A DNA stretch of 64,000 nucleotides from positions 208,038-272,037 of the forward strand of contig JBAMLV010000018.1 in NCBI GenBank assembly GCA_039793395.1. The letters are read 5' to 3'. The stretch comes from a bacterium. Lineage in GTDB: Bacteria > Hydrothermota > Tepidihabitantia > Tepidihabitantales > Tepidihabitantaceae. Position 1 is the stretch's first letter, and every line of letters begins with the position of its first letter. Position numbers and translations under genes: made by a program. This document shows, one piece after another, positions 40,251 to 50,544 of the stretch. Below the pieces are notes generated by a model. That model worked only from the letters and a program-made list of their open reading frames with translations, made no database searches and was not told where the DNA came from.

Positions 40251-41268
40251 TCAGGCATACCGGAAGATGACCGCACTGATTTTCAGTCTGCCCGAGCAGC
40301 TGGCAACCGGTCAGGCGCTTGCCGCCCGGTGCCGACTTTTTCCCGGGGGTGCGATTGACAGGGTGGTGGTCAGCGCAATGGGCGGTTCGGCAATTGGCGG
40401 TGATGTCGCACGAATCCTTCTGGAACAGGAGGCGAATGTGCCGGTGGTGGTGCAGCGGGATTACCTTTTACCACCCTGGGTTACGGCGCAGACGCTGGTG
40501 GTAGCAATCAGTTATTCCGGTAACACCGAAGAGACACTTACCGCCTATGCGGCGGCAAAAAGGAAAAGGGCAAAAATCATTACCATTACCAGTGGGGGTA
40601 AACTGGCGGAAAAAGCCCGGCAGGATGGTGTGCCCCTGCTTATCATTCCCGGCGGGCTGCCGCCCCGGTGCGCACTCGGGCTGGTAAGTATTCCTCTGCT
40701 GGTGATTCTTAACCGGCTGGGGGTATGCCGGAGTTATGAACCGGACATCCGGGAAACCGTCCGGCTGCTTCAGAAAAATCTGCCGGGCTGGAGCCGCTGG
40801 GCAAGGAGGGTCAGCAGGAACTTGAGCGGGTGCTTTTTTATCGTCTATTCAACCAGCCGGTTGCTGGATATGGCTGCCTATCGCTGGCAATGTCAGCTGA
40901 ATGAGAATGCCAAGATGCTTGCTCACTGGGGAACTTTGCCGGAGCAGAGTCATAATGAATTGATGGGGTACGGCGCACCGGCGGAGCTCAACCAAAAGAT
41001 TGCACTCGTTGCTCTTATCGATCGGACCACTCATCCCCGGACGATTCTCCGGCTAAAGCAGATGATTTGGTTGATCGATGATGTGCTGAGCGAGAAACTG
41101 GTTCTGACCGCTGCCGGCCGGACTGCGCTTGCCCGGCTGTTTTCAATTATCGTGCGCGGGGATCTGTTAAGTGTGGAACTGGCAAGACAGCGGGGGGTGG
41201 ACCCGATGGTGATACCGAAGATTGACCTTCTGAAGCAGACTCTTGCCCGGAGGAAGGAGGGAAGGTGA
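40240..41268 (+). CDS. bifunctional phosphoglucose/phosphomannose isomerase-type SIS protein
   Basis: 342 aa, SIS domain (VVVSAMGGSAIGGD, ISYSGNTEET). Size and layout match the PGI/PMI family. Confidence 0.75.
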   Translation: MVNDQAYRKMTALIFSLPEQLATGQALAARCRLFPGGAIDRVVVSAMGGSAIGGDVARILLEQEANVPVVVQRDYLLPPWVTAQTLVVAISYSGNTEETLTAYAAAKRKRAKIITITSGGKLAEKARQDGVPLLIIPGGLPPRCALGLVSIPLLVILNRLGVCRSYEPDIRETVRLLQKNLPGWSRWARRVSRNLSGCFFIVYSTSRLLDMAAYRWQCQLNENAKMLAHWGTLPEQSHNELMGYGAPAELNQKIALVALIDRTTHPRTILRLKQMIWLIDDVLSEKLVLTAAGRTALARLFSIIVRGDLLSVELARQRGVDPMVIPKIDLLKQTLARRKEGR

Positions 41269-42242
41269 GTCTGTGCGTGGTGGTTCCGGCTGCGGGCGAG
41301 GGGCAGCGGCTGAGACCGCATACGCTGGTTAAACCAAAGGTGATGCTGGAGGTGGCAGGAAAGCCGATTATCGGTCATATCGTTGACCGGGTAATGACGC
41401 TCAATCCGGAGCGGGTGTGCGTGGTGGTGCCACCGGCAGACCAGACGATTCGCTCGTATCTGCTGGCAAATTACCGGCTGGGGTTTGAGTTTGTGGTCCA
41501 GCCGGAACCGAAAGGGCTGGGTCACGCGGTCTGGTGTGCCCGGGACCAAATTGGTGATGTGCCAGTGTTGATTCTGCTGGGTGATACGATTGTGGATTTT
41601 GATTTCAGCCGGCTTTTTGCCGCCGAAAATGCGATCGGTGTGAAGGAGGTGGCAGATCCGAGCCGGTTCGGGGTGGTGCTGGTTCAGAACGGGGTCATCA
41701 GTAAGGTGATTGAAAAGCCGAAACAGCCGGTCAGCAGACTGGCGATTGTCGGTGTCTATTACTTTAGCAACCCGGGCCGGCTTTTTCAGGCGCTAGACCG
41801 GCTGGTTGAGGAAAGGCGGTTGGTCGGCAACGAATATCAGTTTACCGATGCCCTGCAGTTGCTTGCTGATGAGGGAACCGAAATCAGAACTGTGGAGGTT
41901 GATGTCTGGCTGGACTGCGGGACCCCGGCGGCACTGCTTGAAACCAATCGGTGGCTGCTCAAGTCCGTCGCCGTTGAGCAGCAGTTTCCCGGCAGCCGGC
42001 TGATTCCGCCGGTTCATATTGCCCGGGATGCGCAGATTGAGCGTTCAGCAATTGGACCTTATGTTTCGGTTTCAGCCGGAGTCAAAATAACCGATTCGGT
42101 AATCAGTGACAGTATCATTTATCAGCGGGCGAAGGTGGAACGGTCGGTGCTCAGCGGTTCAATTATCGGTGAGGATACCGAGGTCAGCGGGGTTCAGGGT
42201 CCGGTCAATCTCGGGCCCGGAAGGAAACTATTCCGGGGTTGA
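41265..42242 (+). CDS. sugar-phosphate nucleotidyltransferase with C-terminal left-handed beta-helix
   Basis: N-terminal GxGxRL motif (VVPAAGEGQRLRPHTLVKPKVML) and hexapeptide-repeat-like C-terminus. Substrate unknown. Confidence 0.78.
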   Translation: MSLCVVVPAAGEGQRLRPHTLVKPKVMLEVAGKPIIGHIVDRVMTLNPERVCVVVPPADQTIRSYLLANYRLGFEFVVQPEPKGLGHAVWCARDQIGDVPVLILLGDTIVDFDFSRLFAAENAIGVKEVADPSRFGVVLVQNGVISKVIEKPKQPVSRLAIVGVYYFSNPGRLFQALDRLVEERRLVGNEYQFTDALQLLADEGTEIRTVEVDVWLDCGTPAALLETNRWLLKSVAVEQQFPGSRLIPPVHIARDAQIERSAIGPYVSVSAGVKITDSVISDSIIYQRAKVERSVLSGSIIGEDTEVSGVQGPVNLGPGRKLFRG

Positions 42243-43367
<1,125 letters not shown>

Positions 43368-43382
43368 AACAAGGAGGAGTAA

Positions 43383-44525
43383 ATGCGTTTAGTTTCAATC
43401 ACCCTAACGCTGAGCCTGGTGCTTGGACTGACAGTTCTTTCCTGCGGTCCGGGCAATGTCATCAAGGTGGGCGTGGTTGCGCCCCTGACCGGTGATGTCA
43501 AGACCTTTGGCGAATCAACGGTCAACGGTATCATGCTGGCGGTTGAAGAGGCAAATCGGGCGGGGGGAGTGAACGGCAAACAGATTAAACTGTTCATCTC
43601 CGACGACAAGAACGACCCGACCGAGGCGGCAAACGCGGGTGGCAAACTGATTGAACTGGACGGGGTGGTGGCAATCATCGGTTCGGTTTCCACCAAATGC
43701 TCGCTGCCCCTGGCCGACAAGTGTCAGGTGGCACGAATTCCGATGATTACCCCGACCTCAACTAACCCCAAGGTTACGGTTACCGATGACGGCCGGCACA
43801 AGGAGTTCATCTTCCGTGCCTGTTTCACCGACTCCTTTCAGGGAGTGGTAGCGGCACGGTTTGCGATTGATAGCCTGAAGGCAAAGACCGCAGCGATCAT
43901 GTATGATGTCGGCAATGACTATTCGCGCGGGCTGGCAGACTACTTCCGGCGGTTCTTTGAGGCGGCGGGTGGCAAGGTGGTGGCTTATGAATCGTATCAG
44001 AAGGACGATGTGGACTTTTCAGCCCTGCTGACCAAGGTCAAGCAGCAGAAGCCGGATTTGGTGTTCCTGCCGGACTATTACAACAAGGTCGGCTTGATTG
44101 TCAAACAGGCGTATCAGCTCGGGCTGGTTACCCGCTTTCTCGGCGGTGATGGCTGGGATTCACCAGCGATGCTGGAGATTGCCGGTAAGGAGGTGGCGGG
44201 CAGTTACTTTGTGAATCACTATTCGGCAGACGACCCCAGGCCCGAGGTTCAGAACTGGGTGAATAAGTATCAGGCGCGTTATGGTCAGAAGCCAGACGCA
44301 ATGGCGACCCTGGGCTATGATGCGGCATTGCTGCTGATTGCCGCGCTCAAGAATGCGCCCAATGCTCAGCCCGAGGAGATCCGGGATGCGCTGAGCAAAA
44401 TCCGGGACTACCCGTGTGTTTCGGGCACGATATCATTTGATGAGTTCGGCAACCCGATTAAACTGGCGACAATCATCCAGTATACGGAAACCGGACAGAG
44501 ATTTGTAACCTCATTCGCACCATAG
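43383..44525 (+). CDS. ABC transporter substrate-binding lipoprotein (Leu/Ile/Val-binding family)
   Basis: Lipobox LSCG and type I periplasmic binding fold signature (IKVGVVAPLTGDVKTFGEST.NG..LAVEEAN..GGVNGK). Confidence 0.88.
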   Translation: MRLVSITLTLSLVLGLTVLSCGPGNVIKVGVVAPLTGDVKTFGESTVNGIMLAVEEANRAGGVNGKQIKLFISDDKNDPTEAANAGGKLIELDGVVAIIGSVSTKCSLPLADKCQVARIPMITPTSTNPKVTVTDDGRHKEFIFRACFTDSFQGVVAARFAIDSLKAKTAAIMYDVGNDYSRGLADYFRRFFEAAGGKVVAYESYQKDDVDFSALLTKVKQQKPDLVFLPDYYNKVGLIVKQAYQLGLVTRFLGGDGWDSPAMLEIAGKEVAGSYFVNHYSADDPRPEVQNWVNKYQARYGQKPDAMATLGYDAALLLIAALKNAPNAQPEEIRDALSKIRDYPCVSGTISFDEFGNPIKLATIIQYTETGQRFVTSFAP

Positions 44526-44547
44526 GAGACAACAACCGGTAAATCAG

Positions 44548-44587
44548 CGCCGGCTCCGGATTTTAGCCCGGAGCCGGCGGTTTGTTA
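44548..44587 (+). terminator. rho-independent terminator after the binding-protein gene
   Basis: A perfect 12 bp stem, CGCCGGCTCCGG (44548-44559) / CCGGAGCCGGCG (44568-44579), with an 8 nt loop, followed by GTTTGTT. Confidence 0.75.
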
Positions 44588-44691
44588 TCAGCCGGAGGTG
44601 AAAATACGGGGATATTGCGGGTGCTAAACCTGCCGGTAAATTCATTATCGGATTTGGGTGGGGTCTGGCAGGCAGGGTTATATTAAACCGG

Positions 44692-44714
44692 AACCCGGGG
44701 TAACCCCCGGGGTT
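44692..44714 (-). terminator. probable terminator hairpin for the minus-strand M16 operon
   Basis: Minus-strand AACCCCGGGGGTTACCCCGGGTT forms a 9 bp stem with one bulged C and a GTTA loop, followed by CCGGTTTAATAT. About 125 nt after the stop at 44840. Confidence 0.5.
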
Positions 44715-44839
44715 GCCCGGTGGGCTGTCCGGCGTAGGGTGCCTGATTCTGAAAATTTAATTATAATTCATTAATATACTGCGACTTGATATATGTTTAT
44801 TATAATTATTATCAGTTCAGCGTTGTGCAGGGGGATTGG

Positions 44840-46171
44840 TTATTCAATCCACTCCACATCCGGGAGGTTGAGTTCATCCCTGGTCACATTGCCCATTATG
44901 ACCATCAGGTAGTTGCCGGGTTTGAGCCGCTGGCGGGCTGCCTGGTTCACCTGTTCCAGGGTGGTGGAGCGGACCGTTTGCGGGAACCGGTCAAGCCAGT
45001 CAATGCCGTAGCGGTAAAGTTCCAGGTTTATGAGTTGCTGGAGTTTGCCGGAGTTATTGGAGTAGGTCAGGGGGAAACTGCCGGTGAAGTAATTCTGGGC
45101 TTTTAGGAGTTCAGCCCGGGTGGCGCCGTTTGAGTGCATTTTGATGATTTCGGCAAACATCTTTTGAATCGCCGCTTTGGGGCTGGCGGTCTGAACCGTT
45201 GCCCGGAATGCACCGGTCAGGAGCCGGCGGTCAAACCAGCACCGGACATCATACGCCAGGCCGGCTTGTTCCCGGACCGCAAGTCCCATCCTTGAGGAGA
45301 GGGGTGGTCCCCCAAGGATATAGGACATCAGGCGGACCGGAATCAGGTCCGGCTCGGTGGCGGATATGCCCGAATGGCCAAACTGAATATAGGTCTGATT
45401 CATATCCTTGCGGGTGATGAGTTTAATTTTGATTTTTCCCGGATCTGCGGGCTGGGGTAAAGCCGGCATTGGCACCGGTCCGGGCTGCCAGTTGCCGAAC
45501 CGGGCGCTGATTTCCGGTTTAAGCGTTGCGGGGTCAAAGTCGCCGACAACCACCAGAAAGCAGTTGTTGGGAACAAAGAAGGTCTGGTGGAAGTGACGCA
45601 GGTCTTCAATGGTAATTGAGGTCAGGGTTGTGGTGTCACCCCGGACCGGCAGGGCATAGCGGTGGCTGCCAAACAGCAGGCGGTCAAATTCTATTGCCAC
45701 CGCCTGCTGGGGATAGTCAAGGGCGCGGCGGGCAGCGGTCAGTGCCTCGGTGCGGAGGCGGTCAAATTCAGGTTGCGGAAAGGCGGGGTTGAGCACCAGG
45801 TCAGCCAGCAGTTCAATGCCGGTGTTCAAATCTTTGCTCAAAAGCCGGAGGCTGATTATTGAGTGGTCAAAGTCGGCACTGGATGAGTAACTTGCACCGA
45901 GGAAGTCAAGCAGGGTGGCAATGGAGTCGGCAGAGCGGTTTTTTGTTCCGGCAAATAGCATCCGGGCGCAAAGGTCGGCAATGCCTGCCTTTGAAACCGG
46001 TTCGGCAGCGGCACCGGAACGGCAGACCAGGGCGATGTCCACCATCGGCAGGCGATGGTCTTCACAGGTGAGGATGATGATGCCGTTTGGGAGTGAGTCC
46101 CGGTTGAGTGTGAGGGAATAAACCGGGGCGAGGATACTGACAAGGGTTAAAATTAAAAGCGGGTATTTCAT
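44840..46171 (-). CDS. M16 (pitrilysin) family peptidase subunit lacking the HxxEH zinc motif
   Basis: 443 aa with signal peptide and M16 fold, but the zinc-motif position reads ADLCARMLFAGT. Overlaps the upstream active paralog by 4 nt. Confidence 0.82.
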   Translation of the reverse strand: MKYPLLILTLVSILAPVYSLTLNRDSLPNGIIILTCEDHRLPMVDIALVCRSGAAAEPVSKAGIADLCARMLFAGTKNRSADSIATLLDFLGASYSSSADFDHSIISLRLLSKDLNTGIELLADLVLNPAFPQPEFDRLRTEALTAARRALDYPQQAVAIEFDRLLFGSHRYALPVRGDTTTLTSITIEDLRHFHQTFFVPNNCFLVVVGDFDPATLKPEISARFGNWQPGPVPMPALPQPADPGKIKIKLITRKDMNQTYIQFGHSGISATEPDLIPVRLMSYILGGPPLSSRMGLAVREQAGLAYDVRCWFDRRLLTGAFRATVQTASPKAAIQKMFAEIIKMHSNGATRAELLKAQNYFTGSFPLTYSNNSGKLQQLINLELYRYGIDWLDRFPQTVRSTTLEQVNQAARQRLKPGNYLMVIMGNVTRDELNLPDVEWIE

Positions 46172-47475
46172 TTCGGTTCCTTTAGTTCCGGCAGAAGGAT
46201 GCCAACGATGCGGTAGTTTTCATTCAGGTAGCGCTGGCAGAACTGCTGGAGCTGTTCTGAGGAGAGGGTTTGAATTGCGGCCAACTGGTTGATAAAGTTG
46301 CGCCAGTCACCGGTGGTAATTTGAGCGGTGGCAAGCAAATAGGCGATATCGGAGATGTCATCCCGCTCAAAGATGTGGTCTGCCAGTGCCCGATTTTTCA
46401 CCCGGATGAGTTCCTGGTCCGAGACCGGTTCGGTGCGAAGGCGGGCGATATGGTGATAGACCAGGTGCTCAATTTTGGGAATCAGACTTTCTGCTTTTGG
46501 GGTGATGACGATTTCCAGCAGACCCGGGTCCTTTTCCATTGAGTTCCAGACCGCGACCGAGCTGGCAAGTCCAGAGTCAAGTACCAGCGTGCGATAGAGC
46601 CGGGAGTTGCGGCCGGAACCGAGGATACTGGCAATGACATCACCGGCGAAATATAGCGACTCGCGGATACCCGGGGTTGGATAACCGATAATGAGGGTGG
46701 GGACCGATACCCGTTTGCGCAGGATGAGCCGGCGTTCACCGGTTAATTGCGGTTCAACAGTGTAGTAATCGGCTCTTTTAACCGGCTTGCCTCTTAACCG
46801 GCCGAAATATTTCTGAACCTTTGCCCGGACCTCTTCCGGTCTGATGTCGCCGGCAATTACCAAGATCGCATTTGCCGGGTTGTAATAGCGATGATACCAT
46901 TCCCGCACCTTTTCTACCGTAAAAGCGGCAACATCAGCGGGCCAGCCGATGGTCGGATTGCGCTGGGGGTTGGCAAGAAAGGCGGTTGCCTCAAATTGCT
47001 CCCAGAGTGCTGAAGTCGGACGGTTGTCCTGGAGGCGCCGTTCTTCAGCCACCACCTGATGTTCGGTTTCAAACTCAGAGTCCGGGAAGATGCAGCGTCC
47101 CATCCGGGCAGCTTCCAGTTTCAGTGCCAGTTCCCAGTGTTCTTTGGCGATGTTCTCGTAATAGCCGGTGTAATAGGTGGAGGTGAAGCCATTGTTGATG
47201 GCACCGACCGAGTCCAGTATCCGGTCAAAATCGCCGGGCTGATAGATGTCGGTGTGCTTGAAACTCATATGCTCAAGCATATGGGAGATGCCGGTATACC
47301 CCGGCGGTTCATCATAGGAGCCAACCCGGTAATAGACATTGACCGAGACTACCGGAGCGGAGGTGTCAATATAACCGATGACCTCAAGCCCGTTTTTCAG
47401 TTTGAACTCAAAGATGCCGGAGTCAATAGGTTCGGTTGTGCCCAGGATTAGAAAACTGAGGAGCAGGTGCGTCAT
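46168..47475 (-). CDS. M16 (pitrilysin) family zinc peptidase, catalytic subunit
   Basis: 435 aa with an intact inverted zinc motif HMLEH (GISHMLEHMSFKHT). Confidence 0.88.
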   Translation of the reverse strand: MTHLLLSFLILGTTEPIDSGIFEFKLKNGLEVIGYIDTSAPVVSVNVYYRVGSYDEPPGYTGISHMLEHMSFKHTDIYQPGDFDRILDSVGAINNGFTSTYYTGYYENIAKEHWELALKLEAARMGRCIFPDSEFETEHQVVAEERRLQDNRPTSALWEQFEATAFLANPQRNPTIGWPADVAAFTVEKVREWYHRYYNPANAILVIAGDIRPEEVRAKVQKYFGRLRGKPVKRADYYTVEPQLTGERRLILRKRVSVPTLIIGYPTPGIRESLYFAGDVIASILGSGRNSRLYRTLVLDSGLASSVAVWNSMEKDPGLLEIVITPKAESLIPKIEHLVYHHIARLRTEPVSDQELIRVKNRALADHIFERDDISDIAYLLATAQITTGDWRNFINQLAAIQTLSSEQLQQFCQRYLNENYRIVGILLPELKEPK

Positions 47476-47481
47476 TTTAAA

Positions 47482-47509
47482 ATATTACTTTACCTTATGA
47501 AGCAGTCAA
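47482..47509 (-). promoter_or_regulatory. sigma70-type promoter TTGACT-N16-TAATAT; predicts a leaderless mRNA for the M16 operon
   Basis: Minus strand: -35 at 47509-47504, -10 at 47487-47482. The ATG at 47475 begins 7 nt after the -10 and has no SD. Confidence 0.55.
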
Positions 47510-47652
47510 AATAAACTTGATAATCACGCTTAAAAATATTACTCATTGAGTATCCCAAAGGATATTGCCGCCGGAAGTTACTTTGTCCGGTTTGATGCGC
47601 CAAGATACAGTGAAGTCAACAAGAAGGTGGTGCGGTTAAAATAATTAGCAGT

Positions 47653-49653
47653 TTATTTTAATAAGATAATTCGGATTGCCGGTTCTTGACCAATCCGGGC
47701 AAAGTAGATACCAGCAGGCACATATGTACCACTCTGAGTTCTGCCATCCCAGACAACTTCCTTGGTATTGATATTCAGGGTTTTAACAATTCTGCCGCCG
47801 GGGTCGGAGATAATGAGCAGGACAGGTTTATCAGGCAGATGGCTGAAAAAGAAATGGACCGCACCGCTTGCCGGGTTTGTTTTGACTTTAAATTGAAGCG
47901 GAGAGGCGGGCAGGCGCGATGAAGACCGGGCGATGCCGACATTGTTAATTCCTTCTATTGCATCCAGATAAAACTGACCCGAGGCGGTGAGTTTCAGATA
48001 GCGGACGCTGTCCAGTCCGGCGCTGCCGATGTCCAGTTCAGTCTGGGGGGCGCAGGCGCTGCCGATGGTAATCCAGGGTCCCTGCCAGTTGTTTGCCCCC
48101 TGCACCTGAGTGCTACCGGTGCCGGCGGCGCGGTAAACGATGAGGTCCGGACCGTCACGGTTAAATACCGGCCGGTGCATATCCAGGCAGATGGTTTTGC
48201 CGTGGTCAAGAAGAAAGGCGCTGTCATCCCGGGGACCGAGTGCCCGGACCGGATAGGTGCGGTTGGTAGATGGGTTGACAAAACTATTATAAATGTGGCG
48301 GAAGGCAAAGAGCGGAGCGGCTGGGTCCGGAGTCAACTGGACATCAATGGTAACGGCAGAGTCGCCGGTTGCCGGTACGAGCACATCTTCAATGGTGGTG
48401 TCGCGGTAGCCCGGTGCCCGGAAGGTCAGCGTATAGGTGCCGGGAAGATAAAAACGGTGGAAGTCACCGGTTCCGGGATGGTTGTAACTGAGCCAGTCTG
48501 CCGGCCGGACCCAGACCTGGCAGGGAACCGGCTGGCCGGTGGTCGCATCGGTGACGGTGCCGTGAATACCTCTGCCGGCGAGGTGGATGAACTCAAGCAT
48601 TGCCGGCAGGTTGAGGTTGAAGCAGGGGTCAATTTCTGACGCCGGTGGGGTTTTCTGAGGATGAACCTCAATTGACCAGCCCATCATACCATAACCGTAG
48701 TCAAAGTCCTTGGTAGAGCCGTTGATGGGATACATACTGTCGCAGCCCTGGCCGTAGGTGTAACTGGTCCAGTAGTCGTAGCGGGCGGAGAGAAACTGAA
48801 TCAGACTGAGTTCGGGAATGGTGTTCTGATAGGAGTAGCAGTAACTCCAGGGATGGGAGATAAAGGTGGTGCCCGCATGATAGGAGACAAAAATTGCTGC
48901 GGGGTTGTTCTGGATGTGATTGAGCAGTGCCTGGTTTTCGGGTTCGGAAAATGGGCTGATACCCTGATTGGACTCATCGCCCCACATCCAGCCCCAGTTG
49001 CGGTTGAGGTCAACCGAATTGCCGTTATAACGGCTGGAGCGGATGTAGCCGTCCGGATTGTACATCGGAATGATATAAATTTCCCGGGTGTCAACCAGCC
49101 GGGTGATGAGCGTATCGGTGCCGTAGTTGCGCACCAGGTATTTGAGCAGTTCAAAGCAGATTGCCCAGCCGATTTTTTCATCGCCGTGAATTGCGCCCTC
49201 AAAATGAACTGCGGGTTCGTTTTCGTGAATCTGCGGCTGGTCGGAAATTTTCATTCCGAGGAGCAGGTTGCCGTTGTAACTGGTGCCCAGGGTCTCCAGT
49301 TGGCAGATTGCCGGGTTGTTGCGGGCGATAAGTGCCATCGTATCTATAAATTCATTATAGGTGAGATACCGGCCGTCACTGCCGGTGAAGTGGCGTTCAT
49401 AGATACCGGAGATATCCGGGGTGAGCACCTGGACCAGATAGCCGCGGTTTTTCAGTTGCTGCTGCTGGAAGGTGGTGGCTTCGGCGACGACACCAAACTG
49501 GTCAACATAGTTGACCCAGGCACCGGTAGTTTCAATGTTCCGGACATCGTTTCGGCAGGCATTGGTAATCCGGATTAAATCCCGGGGCTGGGGATTGCCC
49601 GGGCTGAAAATTGCCAGCAGGATAATCAGGAGGGAACTGAATCGGAATTTCAT
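47653..49653 (-). CDS. secreted M14 zinc carboxypeptidase with regulatory-like domain and T9SS-type C-terminal sorting domain (paralog of 34660..37695)
   Basis: 666 aa. HGDEKIG, NRNWGWMW and a CarboxypepD_reg-like segment (GIHGTVTDATTGQPV..YTLTFRAPGYRD). C-terminal VLLIISDPGGRIV..GIYFARI sorting-domain pattern. Confidence 0.82.
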   Translation of the reverse strand: MKFRFSSLLIILLAIFSPGNPQPRDLIRITNACRNDVRNIETTGAWVNYVDQFGVVAEATTFQQQQLKNRGYLVQVLTPDISGIYERHFTGSDGRYLTYNEFIDTMALIARNNPAICQLETLGTSYNGNLLLGMKISDQPQIHENEPAVHFEGAIHGDEKIGWAICFELLKYLVRNYGTDTLITRLVDTREIYIIPMYNPDGYIRSSRYNGNSVDLNRNWGWMWGDESNQGISPFSEPENQALLNHIQNNPAAIFVSYHAGTTFISHPWSYCYSYQNTIPELSLIQFLSARYDYWTSYTYGQGCDSMYPINGSTKDFDYGYGMMGWSIEVHPQKTPPASEIDPCFNLNLPAMLEFIHLAGRGIHGTVTDATTGQPVPCQVWVRPADWLSYNHPGTGDFHRFYLPGTYTLTFRAPGYRDTTIEDVLVPATGDSAVTIDVQLTPDPAAPLFAFRHIYNSFVNPSTNRTYPVRALGPRDDSAFLLDHGKTICLDMHRPVFNRDGPDLIVYRAAGTGSTQVQGANNWQGPWITIGSACAPQTELDIGSAGLDSVRYLKLTASGQFYLDAIEGINNVGIARSSSRLPASPLQFKVKTNPASGAVHFFFSHLPDKPVLLIISDPGGRIVKTLNINTKEVVWDGRTQSGTYVPAGIYFARIGQEPAIRIILLK

Positions 49654-49668
49654 TAACTTATCTTTTAA

Positions 49669-49696
49669 ATCATACCCGAATCAGGACAGAAGTCAA
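49669..49696 (-). promoter_or_regulatory. sigma70-type promoter TTGACT-N16-TATGAT for the 666-aa M14 gene
   Basis: Minus strand: -35 at 49696-49691, -10 at 49674-49669. ATG 49653 lies 15 nt after the -10 with no SD. Confidence 0.5.
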
Positions 49697-49711
49697 AAAA
49701 GATGAAGAGGT

Positions 49712-50290
49712 TTAATAAATCACCACCACCCCGGTTGGAATAACCTTTGCCCGGATTTGGTAGATGCCATTGCGCCGCTTGGCATACACCCGGATGCGGT
49801 AATTGTAGCTGGTTCGGGGTTCAAAGCCGACAATCGTGCCGGAGGTGCTGCGGTTAGGTTTGAATGGTCCGGACCAGATGAAGACGATGGTTTCAATGAG
49901 TGCCATCCGGTCATGAAGGAATGATTCCCGGTCCTCCGGTGATAACCCCCTGAACACTTCGCCCGCAATTTCCACATGGGAGTGGAAGTTGCCGAGGAAC
50001 CTGAGCCGGAACCGGGTACTGAGTTCGCGACGCCGGCGCAGCGCCCGGCTGATTGTTGCCCAGTCTTTGAAGGTAATTCCGGTCCGGCTCTTTTCACCGC
50101 CCCGATAATAGCAGGCACGGCGGATGATGACCTGCCGGTTACGGGTGAGTGTTCCAAAAAGAAAGCCGAAGGTTTCACGCTTGAACCGGGCTTCATAGCC
50201 CTTGCGGGCGAGGCAGCAGAGTTCGCGCACCGCGGTTTCTTCAAAGATTACCGGTGCCCGGAAGTTGAGGATTGGAACAATGGCAGCCAT
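49712..50290 (-). CDS. stand-alone JAB/MPN (JAMM-like) domain protein
   Basis: 192 aa. Candidate JAMM elements are Glu in KRETFGFLFG, HSH in GNFHSHVE and SPED in GLSPED. The H-to-S spacing is 11 rather than the canonical 7. Confidence 0.6.
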   Translation of the reverse strand: MAAIVPILNFRAPVIFEETAVRELCCLARKGYEARFKRETFGFLFGTLTRNRQVIIRRACYYRGGEKSRTGITFKDWATISRALRRRRELSTRFRLRFLGNFHSHVEIAGEVFRGLSPEDRESFLHDRMALIETIVFIWSGPFKPNRSTSGTIVGFEPRTSYNYRIRVYAKRRNGIYQIRAKVIPTGVVVIY

Positions 50291-50297
50291 TTTTATT

Positions 50298-50325
50298 ATG
50301 TTAGAATTGTCCCCGGAAAGGTCAA
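50298..50325 (-). promoter_or_regulatory. sigma70-type promoter TTGACC-N16-TAACAT; predicts a leaderless mRNA for the JAB/MPN gene
   Basis: Minus strand: -35 at 50325-50320, -10 at 50303-50298. The ATG at 50290 begins 8 nt after the -10 and has no SD. Confidence 0.5.
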
Positions 50326-50505
50326 ATGGTTCAAAAAAGTGCCGCTGGAGGGCCTATGCCATCAGGTTGATCCGCCAACCAAGGCAATTGCCCGACCAGC
50401 AGCAGAAAATAAATACCATACCGAAATTCAATGTCAAGCAATTTGGGAATTAACATCGCAACTTCCCCCACGCTCGTTTTGGGGTTGTGTTCGGGGATAA
50501 AAAAT

Positions 50506-50533
50506 TTGAATTGAATCCGGGAGGGGATAATAT
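50506..50533 (+). promoter_or_regulatory. sigma70-type promoter TTGAAT-N16-TAATAT for pcm
   Basis: -35 at 50506-50511, -10 at 50528-50533. ATG 50545 lies 11 nt after the -10 with no SD. Confidence 0.5.
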
Positions 50534-50544
50534 TAAATGAGCAA

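Noticed and set aside
49720-50244. 174 aa ORF nested in another frame of the JAB/MPN gene on the same strand.
   Set aside because: Its Ser/Ala/Pro/Gly-rich composition is typical of an off-frame artefact. The JAB frame carries the recognisable motifs and is the one served by the promoter.
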